A stretch of DNA of 64,000 nucleotides, taken from a virus. Lineage: Duplodnaviria > Heunggongvirae > Uroviricota > Caudoviricetes. The position numbers were made by a program, and so were the translations under genes. Each line of letters opens with the position of its first letter. Position 1 is the first letter of the stretch. The notes below the pieces were generated by a model. That model ran no database searches and was not told where the DNA came from. It saw nothing but the letters and a program-made list of their open reading frames with translations. Shown piece by piece: positions 39,134 to 49,114 of this stretch. The stretch spans positions 15,486 to 79,485 of the IMG/VR virus record IMGVR_UViG_2740892219_000010; one strand, 5' to 3'.

Positions 39134-40180
39134 TCAGGATGTGGGCTGGGTGTCTAACAGTGCGTAAGGGTTAAAGCGGATCACCTCTTCGCCAAGCCAG
39201 TCATTGATGTGCTTCATGGCCTCCATGACGGGCATCAGCTCGTTAATTGCGTAAACCCGCGCGGCCTTCTCCACATCACCAAACGCACTTTTTTCACCCG
39301 GCATCGCCCCCATCAGTTGCGGCGGAACGCGGTGCGCAGCCAGCACATCATCACGGGATGCCGCCTTAACATTCATGAACTCATCCTTTGCGGTGATCTG
39401 CTGGAACGGCAAAATTTGCACCCCCTCTTTGCCCCCGTTGGGCGCATGAATGAGCACGTTTTTAAACGCACCACCACCACGCGCACCCTGTAGCGTTTCT
39501 TTCAGGGAGTCCATGCTTTCGCGGTTTACCTGCGCTGCACCGATGTAGATGATGCACCCGGCGTGGGATCCATTGTCGTAATACAGTTTTCTGAACATGT
39601 CCGCCGAATGAGACAGGCTGGCCGAGAGTAATGCGCCGAGATATTCCGGCATGCCGTAGATTTCCTGGTTAATGTCAGGATTCATCAGGTGGCACACTTT
39701 GCCAGGGCGAAACTGAAACGCGTCCTTACCATCCTGCACATACCACCATGATTCAAGATCGCTTCCGCGTCGCATGTATTTCGCCAGGGCGTGCCGTAAT
39801 TTAAGCGGTTCGCCGAGCATATTGCTTCGAAGCTCAAGAAATGCGTTACCGAACACAAACCAGTCCAGCGCCAGCGCCGAGAAATCCTGCCGGGAAAGCA
39901 GCGGGTGCGGAATATAGCAACCGAGCAATACATTGCGCTTAAAGTAAAGCGCAGACTGATGCCAGGACGTTTGCCGGGCGGATCTTGCCAGACCGTACCA
40001 GTCCACCGGGGTTTCATACCACCGCCCGTTATCAGCACAGTACATATTGTCCAGCAGGTCATGCCCGGTCAGGCGATAAGGACCATCAAATGTGAATGCA
40101 CTGAGCGATGATTCTTTCCTGAGCGCATCAGCGAGATCAATGCGTGAACTCATGCGCACTTTTTTATTTTTTCTGCTCAT
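39134..40180 (-). CDS. Q: Portal protein, P2 gpQ-like
   Basis: 348 aa, P2-like size and position, divergent from O. Confidence 0.8.
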   Translation of the reverse strand: MSRKNKKVRMSSRIDLADALRKESSLSAFTFDGPYRLTGHDLLDNMYCADNGRWYETPVDWYGLARSARQTSWHQSALYFKRNVLLGCYIPHPLLSRQDFSALALDWFVFGNAFLELRSNMLGEPLKLRHALAKYMRRGSDLESWWYVQDGKDAFQFRPGKVCHLMNPDINQEIYGMPEYLGALLSASLSHSADMFRKLYYDNGSHAGCIIYIGAAQVNRESMDSLKETLQGARGGGAFKNVLIHAPNGGKEGVQILPFQQITAKDEFMNVKAASRDDVLAAHRVPPQLMGAMPGEKSAFGDVEKAARVYAINELMPVMEAMKHINDWLGEEVIRFNPYALLDTQPTS

Positions 40181-41931
40181 CAGAACTCCATAACCGTGAA
40201 ACGCTCGTTTTCTCCTTCGCCGCCAATCGGTTCGTTAATGACAGCAAGCATGGTTGCCCACGCAAGGTCGCCGTGGCTGATCCCCCTCGCGCGGTCCGTT
40301 TCGTAAGTGATAAAGCCGCCCGGTGTTTTCACCTTACGCACGGCGTTAAAGGCCGCGACCAGCTCGCGTTCGGCGCGATCGTATTCCCACCGGCCGGCAC
40401 GCATTATTTGCAGCATTTTCAGTACCAGCGACCGTTTTGATGACAGCGTGAAGGTGTACGGAATAGCTGCAGGGAAAAACCGTTTCACTATCTGATAAAC
40501 AGCCTCCCCATTCCCGCCCGTCACATCAATGCCGATGTGTTCCACGTTGTAGCGACACGTGAACTCTTCAATGACTCTGGCCTGTTCTTCAAACTCCAGC
40601 CCCTGAACGCGTCGCGTCTCCACCGTTCGAAAACGGCCACCAGGAACAGCCGGAGGAACCACCACGGACACAGCGCCGCTGTCGCCGTTGCCACTGCTGC
40701 CGTTTGCGTCATACCCAATCCATACCGGACGATTCCCCATCGGGCGGGGAGCAAAAGGTTTCCAGTCTTTCCAGTCGTCGTATCCGTCAACACCGCAGCC
40801 AATCAGGATATTCAGGTTAAATGCCGATTCCCCTTCGCGGACAAACTCACACATATAGAGATTGAGGAACTCGTCTTCGGTGTTTTCATCACGAATTTCG
40901 TCGATATCGGTGTGTTTCCAGCCGTGATTGACCACATCTTCCAGCGTGACAATTTGCCGCCACGTCCGGTCAGGGCAGATAAGCCCGTTATGCAGCGTTT
41001 TCCAGTCCACAGAAAAACGCTGGCGTTTATGCGAGGCCTTTTTCTCGTTCCAGCGGTCGCCGTTCCAGTAGGCGTATGCCTCGTGCGTTTCGGTGGATGG
41101 CGTGGAGAAGTAGGTGCGCCGCAGTCCGCTGAGGGTTGCCATAGCGCCAGCCACCTTACGCAGTTCAGCAAAGCGACTGACCCAGAAAAATTCATCAAAA
41201 TAAAAATTGCCCGTATAGGACTGTGCCGACGCAGCAGAAGTGCCGAGAAAATGCAGCTCTGCGCCGTTGGAGAGGATGATTTTATCGCCCCCTTTCAGCT
41301 CCACATCAACTTCAGCCGCGGCCTTCTGAATAATGCTTTTAAACTGGAACGCCTGACGACGCGACGCAGACAAAAAAATCTGGTTACGCTGGTAAGGTTG
41401 CGCCACATCGTCACGCAGCGCCATCAGCAGAGCTTCCTGTGCAAAATACCAGGTCGCCCCAATCTGTCGGGATTTCAGGATCATCCTGTTACGTATCCCG
41501 GCTTCCCTGCAAAGGGTCAGGGAGTCAAACCAGCCCCGCTGATGCCACTCCAGCCTGCTGATGATTTTTTCCCGCAGTGCGGCAATCTGTTCCGGCGTGA
41601 AATGATTTTTGAGTTTTTTCGCCCGGCCTTTCTTTCCTGCGGCCATCACATCCGGCTGGCCATCATGCAGCTTTTTAAGCTGCCGGGTCAGCAGGTCTAT
41701 TTCCTTAAAGTCACCGCCTGTTTTATTCTGTTTTTCAGTAAGCTGGATGAGGCGCGCATCGATGGACTGCGTGACACGCTGCACGGGTGGCGTTTCATCC
41801 CACTGGTCACGTTTTTTCCACGCATAAATCGTGTTCGGGTTTATTCCCATCAGACGTGATATTTCTGCGGGCGGATAACCCTGCCAGTAAAGTTGCCGCG
41901 CACGCTGGCGCACAAAAGCGTCCTGAATCAT
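40180..41931 (-). CDS. P: Terminase large (ATPase) subunit, P2 gpP-like
   Basis: 583 aa, upstream of and coupled to the portal gene. Confidence 0.8.
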   Translation of the reverse strand: MIQDAFVRQRARQLYWQGYPPAEISRLMGINPNTIYAWKKRDQWDETPPVQRVTQSIDARLIQLTEKQNKTGGDFKEIDLLTRQLKKLHDGQPDVMAAGKKGRAKKLKNHFTPEQIAALREKIISRLEWHQRGWFDSLTLCREAGIRNRMILKSRQIGATWYFAQEALLMALRDDVAQPYQRNQIFLSASRRQAFQFKSIIQKAAAEVDVELKGGDKIILSNGAELHFLGTSAASAQSYTGNFYFDEFFWVSRFAELRKVAGAMATLSGLRRTYFSTPSTETHEAYAYWNGDRWNEKKASHKRQRFSVDWKTLHNGLICPDRTWRQIVTLEDVVNHGWKHTDIDEIRDENTEDEFLNLYMCEFVREGESAFNLNILIGCGVDGYDDWKDWKPFAPRPMGNRPVWIGYDANGSSGNGDSGAVSVVVPPAVPGGRFRTVETRRVQGLEFEEQARVIEEFTCRYNVEHIGIDVTGGNGEAVYQIVKRFFPAAIPYTFTLSSKRSLVLKMLQIMRAGRWEYDRAERELVAAFNAVRKVKTPGGFITYETDRARGISHGDLAWATMLAVINEPIGGEGENERFTVMEF

Positions 41932-42085
41932 TGCTCCCCCTGAGTAATTACAGGAAGATTACCCGCGCGCGAAACTGTTCTCCTTAACCCCCTGTTCTGG
42001 CCGTTTTCTTACAACAAAAGCCCTTTGTATCAGCCTGTTACGCTTTGCCATCATGACTGAAGAACCAGTCAGAGGGGCAAAAACT

Positions 42086-42922
42086 ATGGCTAATGAAAAA
42101 AAGACATCCCGCAAAAAGTTTCGCGTGGCTGTCTCCGGATCAACTGTTGATGGCCGTGAAATCAGTCCGGTGCATCTGCGTGAAGCCGCCGAGAACTTCA
42201 ACCCGGATGTTTACGCTGCCCGCGTGAACGTTGAGCACTATCTCTCGCCATGCCCGTCAAGCGAATTTTCCGCAATGGGCGATGTCACCGCACTGAGTAC
42301 GGAAGACATTACGGAAGGTCCGCTGGCCGGACGTACTGCGCTGTATGCAGAAATCGAACCGACCGAGCGCATGAAGCAGCTTGTCGCGGACGGCAAGAAA
42401 ATCTATTCCAGTATCGAACTGCACCCGCAGTTCTCCGTTAACGGGCGCGCCTATCTGGTCGGGCTGGCGATGACCGACACCCCGGCAAGCCTGGGCACTG
42501 AGCGCCTGAAATTCACGGCACAGCAACGTCAGGCGGTGATGACGTTCAACAGTGTCCAGGGTGAAGCGCCGCTTATCTCCGAAGCCATCGAGTCTGAAAT
42601 CATCGAAATGGCAGAACAACGCCAGGAAGCAGGCACCCAGTGGTTTAACCGCGTAATGGGGATTATTGGCCGTGGCCGCAAAGCGGATGACGCCAGTTTT
42701 TCCCGTATTCAGGAAGCGGTGGAAGGCGTCGCAACGTCACAGGCCGACATTATCGACCGTTTTAATGTGCTGGAAACCCGCCATCAGCAGGACCGCCAGA
42801 AAATCACGTCACTGACCACAGAGCTGGCAGCACTGAAGGAAAAACTGCGCACGCAGGACGGCGATCCGCAGAACCGGTTCACCGCAACGGGCGCAGCCTC
42901 CGACCAGCTGGCTGACTTCTGA
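42086..42922 (+). CDS. O: Capsid scaffolding protein, gpO-like
   Basis: ATG 42086 with RBS; AVSGSTVDGREISPVHL..NPDVYAARVNVEH..AYLVGLAMTDTPASLGTE resembles recalled P2 O. Confidence 0.8.
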   Translation: MANEKKTSRKKFRVAVSGSTVDGREISPVHLREAAENFNPDVYAARVNVEHYLSPCPSSEFSAMGDVTALSTEDITEGPLAGRTALYAEIEPTERMKQLVADGKKIYSSIELHPQFSVNGRAYLVGLAMTDTPASLGTERLKFTAQQRQAVMTFNSVQGEAPLISEAIESEIIEMAEQRQEAGTQWFNRVMGIIGRGRKADDASFSRIQEAVEGVATSQADIIDRFNVLETRHQQDRQKITSLTTELAALKEKLRTQDGDPQNRFTATGAASDQLADF

Positions 42923-42945
42923 TAAGACAAAGGAGCAAATTTTTT

Positions 42946-43998
42946 ATGAATCTGGTGATGTCAGATATTACCCGCAACAAGCTGGGCTGCTATATGGCGC
43001 AGCAGGCGTCGCTTAACAATATCCCGGTTTCCGCACTGGTATCGCGATTTACCGTGGAACCCTCGGTACAGCAGCGTTTTGAAAACGCCTCAAAGGAAAG
43101 CACCGAATTTACAAAAAGAATTAACGTGATCGGCGTGACCGACCAGAAAGGCGAAAAAATCCTCCTGGATACCACCGGGCCGATTGCGCGCACGAATACC
43201 AGTTATGACGGCACAAAACGCCGTAACCCGAATAACGTGGTTGATCTGAAAAACCGCAAATACCAGTGCGAACAGGTGAACTACGACACGTTTATTTCAT
43301 ATCCGCAGCTTGATGCCTGGGCGGCACACCCTGATTTTCAGTCCCGCATCAGCGCACAGATTGCCCGACAGGTGGCACTTGACCGCATCATGATCGGTTT
43401 CAACGGCACGTCTCACGCGGATGAGTCCAACTTCAGCACCAACAAGTTGCTTCAGGACGTTAACGTGGGGTGGCTGGAGCACATCAGAACCGACGCCAGC
43501 GAACGCGTTATGAATGACGTGACGCTGACCTCCCGTAACATGGACAACACCGTGGCGCACGCGGGTAAGTATGCGAACGCTGATGCACTGGTACAGGACG
43601 CGCGCTCATCCCTGCTGGATGAATGGCACAAGGAAGCTGACGACCTCGTGGTGATTATGGGGCGCAACCTGTTTAACTCGCTGCGTCTGCCCGTGCTGAA
43701 CAGCATCAGCGGCCAGAATCCCAATGCGGAATTACTCGCCGGGCAGCTCATTCTGTCATCGCGCACCATTGGCGGGCTGGGCGTGTTCCTTGCGCCGTTC
43801 TTCCCGGATTCAACGATGCTGATCACCTCGTTCAACAACCTGTCGATTTACTGGCAGAAAGGTTCAATGCGTCGTCTGATGAAAGACGAACCGGAATACA
43901 ACCGCATCGCCACCTACCAGTCCATCAATGACGCTTATGTCGTTGAAGACTATGGCAAGTGCGCGATGGTCACTGGCCTGAAGTTCGCCGACAGCTAA
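42946..43998 (+). CDS. N: Major capsid protein, gpN-like
   Basis: 350 aa; FTVEPSV, IGFNGT, LQDVNVGWL, ITSFNNLSIY, YVVEDY match recalled P2 N. Confidence 0.85.
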   Translation: MNLVMSDITRNKLGCYMAQQASLNNIPVSALVSRFTVEPSVQQRFENASKESTEFTKRINVIGVTDQKGEKILLDTTGPIARTNTSYDGTKRRNPNNVVDLKNRKYQCEQVNYDTFISYPQLDAWAAHPDFQSRISAQIARQVALDRIMIGFNGTSHADESNFSTNKLLQDVNVGWLEHIRTDASERVMNDVTLTSRNMDNTVAHAGKYANADALVQDARSSLLDEWHKEADDLVVIMGRNLFNSLRLPVLNSISGQNPNAELLAGQLILSSRTIGGLGVFLAPFFPDSTMLITSFNNLSIYWQKGSMRRLMKDEPEYNRIATYQSINDAYVVEDYGKCAMVTGLKFADS

Positions 43999-44043
43999 TC
44001 AACTCACGGCGGGCATCATGCCCGCCTGTAACGGAGAGAAAAA

Positions 44044-44841
44044 ATGATTACTCCTGCACAGCAACACTGGCAGAACGTGATGGCACAGCGCGCGGGCCGG
44101 GCGAATGAAGGCGTGGACCACGCTGCGCGTACCGCGCATGAAGAGGTGCTGTATCGTCTGCGTCTGGCACAGGCCCGGCTTAAGGGCGTACAGGCCAGAA
44201 GCGCGAAAGCCGCCATCAAAAAAGAGTTATTGCCGGATTTTTCCGGCTGGATTGAGGGAACGCTGGAGGCTGACGGCGGGCAGCAGGATGAAGTGATTGC
44301 CACGCTGATGGTGTGGGCGATTGACTGTGGCGATCTTCCGCTGGCGTTGCGTATTGGTGCGTATGTGGTCCGTCATAACCTCATTATGCCGGATAACTTT
44401 GGCCGTACTGCTGCCACGGTACTGACCGAAGAAATCTGCAACCCGGTACTGACGCAGGCCGGGGCGGATGCCGACGCGGATTTGTCCGCCTTTATCGAAC
44501 CACTGGACACCCTCCAGAAGATTGTCACCGACCAGGACATGCCGGACGAAGTGCGCGCCAAATTATGCAAGGCGTGCGCCTTTGCCCGTCGTGGTCTGAG
44601 TGATGCGGACAGCATGGCCCTGTCACTGAAGCTGCTGCGCGAAGCAATGCACCTGAACCCGAACGCAGGTGTGAAACGCGAGATTGCAACCCTTTCCCGC
44701 GCCCTGAAAAAAGCCGATTCCGCAGCCGCACCAGTTGCCAGCGCACAGCAGGCGCAGGACGAAAGCAGCAAAAGTAAAAAGACAACGCGGAAGCCTGCAA
44801 CACGAAAAACCACCGCGACGCAGAAGGCGAAGCGCGGTTAA
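44044..44841 (+). CDS. M: Terminase small (endonuclease) subunit, gpM-like
   Basis: 265 aa, P2 order. Confidence 0.7.
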   Translation: MITPAQQHWQNVMAQRAGRANEGVDHAARTAHEEVLYRLRLAQARLKGVQARSAKAAIKKELLPDFSGWIEGTLEADGGQQDEVIATLMVWAIDCGDLPLALRIGAYVVRHNLIMPDNFGRTAATVLTEEICNPVLTQAGADADADLSAFIEPLDTLQKIVTDQDMPDEVRAKLCKACAFARRGLSDADSMALSLKLLREAMHLNPNAGVKREIATLSRALKKADSAAAPVASAQQAQDESSKSKKTTRKPATRKTTATQKAKRG

Positions 44842-44942
44842 CGACTGACCCCGTCAGCGGGCGGCGTGCGCGGTGTTCCGGTTTGACTCCGTGACCGTTT
44901 ACACCACGCACCCACCGCCCGATTTTTTCAGGAGTGAACCCC

Positions 44943-45437
44943 ATGAGTATGGTTGCCAGAACCGAAACCCGCCCCGCAGAGGATGACATCACTGATACCG
45001 ATGATGGCGATACCCGTATTTCTGCGGGGGCATTCTGGCCGGATATTGTGCTGCGTGAGCTGCGTCTGGCGGTACGACTGCCGGGCCGCGTGACCACCTC
45101 CCGCCTGCTGCATACCGCCACCGGGGCGGTGGCCCACGTTACCCGTGAGCTGGAAGCGTGGCAGCAGGAACAGCAGGCAGCCGGACACGAAACACTGGCC
45201 GATGTCCCGGCGCCATTAATTAACGGAGAAAGCGTCAATCTCTGGCACTGGCGCAATGCGGTTTACACCGCCACCCGTGCCCTGATTCTGGAGCGTTACC
45301 GCGATGCGGACACAACGGATAAGGGCGAGCGCCGGGCAGATGCACTGGACGCACAGGCTGCGGACCTGTGGCGCGATGTGAGCTGGGCCATCTCTGACAT
45401 TCTGGGAAGACCACGAATGTTTGCGGAGCTGTGCTGA
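44943..45437 (+). CDS. L: Head completion protein, gpL-like
   Basis: ATG 44943 with RBS caggag; C-terminal ADLWRDVSWAI..GRPR resembles recalled P2 L. Confidence 0.7.
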   Translation: MSMVARTETRPAEDDITDTDDGDTRISAGAFWPDIVLRELRLAVRLPGRVTTSRLLHTATGAVAHVTRELEAWQQEQQAAGHETLADVPAPLINGESVNLWHWRNAVYTATRALILERYRDADTTDKGERRADALDAQAADLWRDVSWAISDILGRPRMFAELC

Positions 45438-45637
45438 TGAAAGTGAAGGCACTAGCAGGCGACACCGTGGATTCGCTCTGTTTCCGGTACTACGGCACGA
45501 CGCAGGGCGTCACCGAAAAGGTGATGGATGCCAACCCCGGACTCTGTCAGCAGGTATTTCTGAACGCCGGGCAGGAAGTGGAGATGCCGGAGCCGGAGAA
45601 GAAGAAACGAGAAATGATTCAGTTGTGGGGAGAGTAG
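45437..45637 (+). CDS. X: Tail protein X
   Basis: MKVKALAGDTVDSLCFRYYG parallels recalled P2 X. Confidence 0.7.
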   Translation: MKVKALAGDTVDSLCFRYYGTTQGVTEKVMDANPGLCQQVFLNAGQEVEMPEPEKKKREMIQLWGE

Positions 45638-45639
45638 CG

Positions 45640-45963
45640 GTGAGCACCATTCAAACAGGGATCACAGAGCAGGTTATTGCGTGGCTCCTTGACCACCTGC
45701 CAACGGTGTATGCAGTAGGCGCGGCGGTCAGCATTTCCGCGCTGATGAGTCTTTATGACGGACGAACACTGGTTCAGACCGTAACGGGATCGCTGGCGTG
45801 CGGCGTTCTTGCCATGGCCGTGGCCGGGTCGTTGCGCTTCTTCGGTTTTCCTGAAGATGCCGTGACGTTTATCGGCGCATCAATCGGTTTTATGGGCGCA
45901 GAGAAAGCACGCGACAAGGTTATTGCGGCCTTTAATCGCAGAACCAAAAGCGAGGATGAATAA
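45640..45963 (+). CDS. Putative holin
   Basis: GTG start after RBS ggggagag; ~107 aa with hydrophobic helices; immediately before the endolysin. Confidence 0.5.
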   Translation: MSTIQTGITEQVIAWLLDHLPTVYAVGAAVSISALMSLYDGRTLVQTVTGSLACGVLAMAVAGSLRFFGFPEDAVTFIGASIGFMGAEKARDKVIAAFNRRTKSEDE

Positions 45964-46003
45964 GCCGCAGACTTAACTAAAAATTGTTCACAGGGGTGAC
46001 GAA

Positions 46004-46549
46004 ATGAAATCGAAAGACGAAATTTTTGATGCCGTTCTGGGCAAAGAAGGCGGCTACGTCAATCACCCGGATGACAAAGGCGGCCCGACAAAATGGGGCA
46101 TCACTGAAAAGGTGGCACGGGCGCACGGATACCGTGGCGATATGCGTGATTTAACGCGCGGACAGGCACTGGAAATCCTTGAAGCTGATTACTGGTACGG
46201 ACCGCGTTTTGATCAGATAGCGAAGCTGTCCCCGGATATTGCCGCAGAACTATGTGACACCGGAGTAAATATGGGGCCGTCTGTGGCAACCAGAATGCTG
46301 CAGCGCTGGCTGAACGCATTCAATCAGGGCGGGAAACTGTATCCCGATATGGACACGGACGGACGCACTGGCCCACGCACGATTAACGCATTGCGTGCAT
46401 ATCTGGACAAACGCGGTCGGGACGGCGAGATGGTGATGTTAGCAGCACTGAACTGTACACAGGGTGAACGCTATCTGGAGCTGGCGGAAAAACGCGAAGC
46501 CAACGAGTCGTTTGTCTACGGCTGGATAAAGGAACGCGTGGCGGCATGA
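46004..46549 (+). CDS. Endolysin, GH108-like N-terminus with peptidoglycan-binding C-terminus
   Basis: 181 aa; LGKEGGYVNHPDDKGGPTKWGIT resembles the GH108 family motif; lysis position. Confidence 0.65.
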   Translation: MKSKDEIFDAVLGKEGGYVNHPDDKGGPTKWGITEKVARAHGYRGDMRDLTRGQALEILEADYWYGPRFDQIAKLSPDIAAELCDTGVNMGPSVATRMLQRWLNAFNQGGKLYPDMDTDGRTGPRTINALRAYLDKRGRDGEMVMLAALNCTQGERYLELAEKREANESFVYGWIKERVAA

Positions 46550-46953
46550 GGTTATGGACTTCTCTGGGCGTCGCTTTTCTTCTGATTGCCGCATGGGGAG
46601 CATCCATGCGTCTGTCGTGGTCGCTGGGCCGGGAGAACGCCAGAAACGAAGCGCAGGCCAGCGCCCTGAAAAGTACCGTCGACACCCTGAATATCATCAG
46701 CACCGGGGTACAGGATATGCAGCAGGTGCTGGCGCAACTCCGCGTGGAAAATCAGCAACGCAATCAGGATGGAGAGGCCAGACGTGAACAACTACGCAAC
46801 GATATTGCAAAAGATGAATGCGCCCACGCTTTGCCTGACGCTCGTTTTACTGACAGGTTGCGCAGGCACGCAGAACGCGCCACTGCCAGCGCCGTCGGCC
46901 CGGCTTATACCGCAGACGCTGACCATACCGGTAACGCCTCCCCCCTTCCCTGA
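46546..46953 (+). CDS. i-spanin (LysB-like)
   Basis: 135 aa, N-terminal TM helix then coiled-coil-like region. Confidence 0.55.
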   Translation: MRLWTSLGVAFLLIAAWGASMRLSWSLGRENARNEAQASALKSTVDTLNIISTGVQDMQQVLAQLRVENQQRNQDGEARREQLRNDIAKDECAHALPDARFTDRLRRHAERATASAVGPAYTADADHTGNASPLP

Positions 46954-47104
46954 TACTCCCACCTGGGGAAACCTCGGTATATGGGGCGACCGCCTTCTGG
47001 ATGCACTGGAAACCTGTAACGCGGATAAACGGGCCATTGAATTACTGGAGCAGCGCAGACTACAACGACTGAACAACGAGGACAACAGCCATGCTGAAAA
47101 CTGA
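46814..47104 (+). CDS. o-spanin (LysC-like), overlapping the i-spanin in another frame
   Basis: ATG 46814; signal peptide with lipobox LLTGC; Pro-rich mature part. Confidence 0.55.
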   Translation: MNAPTLCLTLVLLTGCAGTQNAPLPAPSARLIPQTLTIPVTPPPFPDTPTWGNLGIWGDRLLDALETCNADKRAIELLEQRRLQRLNNEDNSHAEN

Positions 47105-47558
47105 TTCCCTGCGTGAAGCCATGACCCGTTCATGCCGATGGTGTCAGGCCAACCCGGAAAAATTCACCATTTTCGTGGAGAGCGGCAACATTGAAACGAC
47201 AGGAGAAACCCCATCGTTTGTTTACCGCTATCAGATGGTGATGTTTGTCATGGATTACGCCGGGGAGCTGGACGACCTCACGCTGCCGCTGCTGGCGTGG
47301 TTATCCGAAAATCAGCCGCAGTTGTTGCTCAACCCTGAGCGTAATCAGGACATCAAATTTTCTGCCGTTATTAATGACGATGACAGCGCCGACATCCTGT
47401 TTACACTGCCCCTGCGGGAGCGCGTTCGCGTCACGCGCAACAGTCAGGGCACACCACAGGCAGAACACCTGCCGGAGCCAAAACCCCGCCTGCCATCTTC
47501 CGAAGGCGACTGGTCACATGTATTCCAGGATGTGACGTGGGGCGAAAGCGATGGATAA
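47091..47558 (+). CDS. R: Tail completion protein gpR-like
   Basis: 155 aa, P2 size and position. Confidence 0.65.
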   Translation: MLKTDSLREAMTRSCRWCQANPEKFTIFVESGNIETTGETPSFVYRYQMVMFVMDYAGELDDLTLPLLAWLSENQPQLLLNPERNQDIKFSAVINDDDSADILFTLPLRERVRVTRNSQGTPQAEHLPEPKPRLPSSEGDWSHVFQDVTWGESDG

Positions 47559-48186
47559 GGCATTCACCCGCGCGGATGAAACCTTCGAGGCTATCCGCGA
47601 CAGCCTGAATCAGCAGGCCATCAATAACATCGCCAGAAAGCTGGCACAGGATTTACGCCGCGCCCAGCAGGCACGTATCCGGTCACAGAAAGCGCCGGAC
47701 GGGACCGCATGGACACCACGCAGACGCCGCGTAACCCGGATACAGGAGCGCATTCGCTTTATCTGGAATAACGAAACACGCACGCTGAAAAACTGGCATC
47801 ACGACACAGGGAAATACGGGCGAACCATTACCGGGTGGGATGAGGATAAAAACAATATCCGCACGTTTTACCGGGATGACATCGACCGTTTTCTGGAAAT
47901 ACGCACCCGGCGTATCAACCAGGACAGCACAAAGCACGTCCCCATGTTCATAAAGCTGCGCACCGTCCGTTACCTGAAAGCCCGCGCGGATACCTCCGGT
48001 GTGACAGTGGGTTACAGCGGCGTGGCCGCACGTATTGCACGCGTTCATCAGTTCGGTGAACGCGATCAGGTTGCGCCGGGTATTTTCACCAATTACCCGG
48101 TACGTGAGCTGCTGGGTATCAGTCAGGCGGATGAGCGCCTGATTTATAACACGGTGCTGGGCCGGATTGCGGAGGCAGTACAGTGA
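47551..48186 (+). CDS. S: Tail completion / virion morphogenesis protein gpS-like
   Basis: 211 aa, P2 position. Confidence 0.55.
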   Translation: MDKAFTRADETFEAIRDSLNQQAINNIARKLAQDLRRAQQARIRSQKAPDGTAWTPRRRRVTRIQERIRFIWNNETRTLKNWHHDTGKYGRTITGWDEDKNNIRTFYRDDIDRFLEIRTRRINQDSTKHVPMFIKLRTVRYLKARADTSGVTVGYSGVAARIARVHQFGERDQVAPGIFTNYPVRELLGISQADERLIYNTVLGRIAEAVQ

Positions 48187-48764
48187 ACGCAGAACTTATG
48201 AGACTGCTGAGCAATATCATCCGCACCGGGATCATCTCTGAAGTTGATGAGAAATCCTGGTGCGTGCGGGTCCTCAGCGGCGGACTGGAAACAGGCTGGC
48301 TGCGCTGGAACACCACGCGCGCGGGAGCCTTCAACGTGTGGCTGCCGCCATCAGTGGGCGAACAGGTGGCAATTGCCTGCATCGGCGGCAACCCGGAAAC
48401 AGCCATGATAATTGGCAGCCTGTGGAGCGATGACATTCCGGCCCCCGGAAAAAGCCTGAAAGAAATCGTGGTCAGCGCGCCGGATGGCGCGGTGTTCTGC
48501 TACGACGCGGACGCAGGCGCACTGAGCGCCAGCGGCGTGAAAACGGTCACCCTGCAGGCATCCGTCAGCGTGAAACTGGACACACCTGTCGTGGAGTGCA
48601 CAAACCTTCTGAAAACAGCCGAGATTGACGTCACAAAAGGGGGAAAGATGAGCGGCAATATCACGCACAGCGGCGGCAATTTCACCTCAAACGGCATCAC
48701 TGTGCATACGCATAAACACGGTGGCGTTAAAGGTGGCAGCGATTCGACAGGAGGACCGCAGTGA
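48183..48764 (+). CDS. V: Baseplate spike protein gpV-like
   Basis: 193 aa; IRTGIISEVD, PSVGEQV, VVECTNLL, VHTHKH match recalled P2 V. Confidence 0.8.
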   Translation: MNAELMRLLSNIIRTGIISEVDEKSWCVRVLSGGLETGWLRWNTTRAGAFNVWLPPSVGEQVAIACIGGNPETAMIIGSLWSDDIPAPGKSLKEIVVSAPDGAVFCYDADAGALSASGVKTVTLQASVSVKLDTPVVECTNLLKTAEIDVTKGGKMSGNITHSGGNFTSNGITVHTHKHGGVKGGSDSTGGPQ

Positions 48765-49111
48765 CAACCCGCTACACAGGAATGAACCCGGACGGGACGG
48801 GAAACCTGAACGATATGGAGCACCTGAAACAGTCAGTCAGGGACATCCTGACCACTCCGCTGGCAAGCCGGGTTATGCGACGGGAATATGGCAGTCTTGT
48901 CCCTGATTTGATTGACGAACCCATGAATAACACTACGCGTCTGCAATGCATGAGCGCTGCTGTGATTGCACTGACACGATGGGAGCCACGCATTGCCCTG
49001 AACGCCATTGATGTTGTCTGGAAGGCGGGAGGCCGCGCCGGGGTGACACTATCGGGTACTGTCATTCAGACCATGCAGAATGTTGAATTAACCATCACGC
49101 TGAGGGAGTAA
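48761..49111 (+). CDS. W: Baseplate protein gpW-like
   Basis: 116 aa; MTTRYTGMN and RVMRREYGSL parallel recalled P2 W. Confidence 0.8.
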   Translation: MTTRYTGMNPDGTGNLNDMEHLKQSVRDILTTPLASRVMRREYGSLVPDLIDEPMNNTTRLQCMSAAVIALTRWEPRIALNAIDVVWKAGGRAGVTLSGTVIQTMQNVELTITLRE

Positions 49112-49114
49112 ATC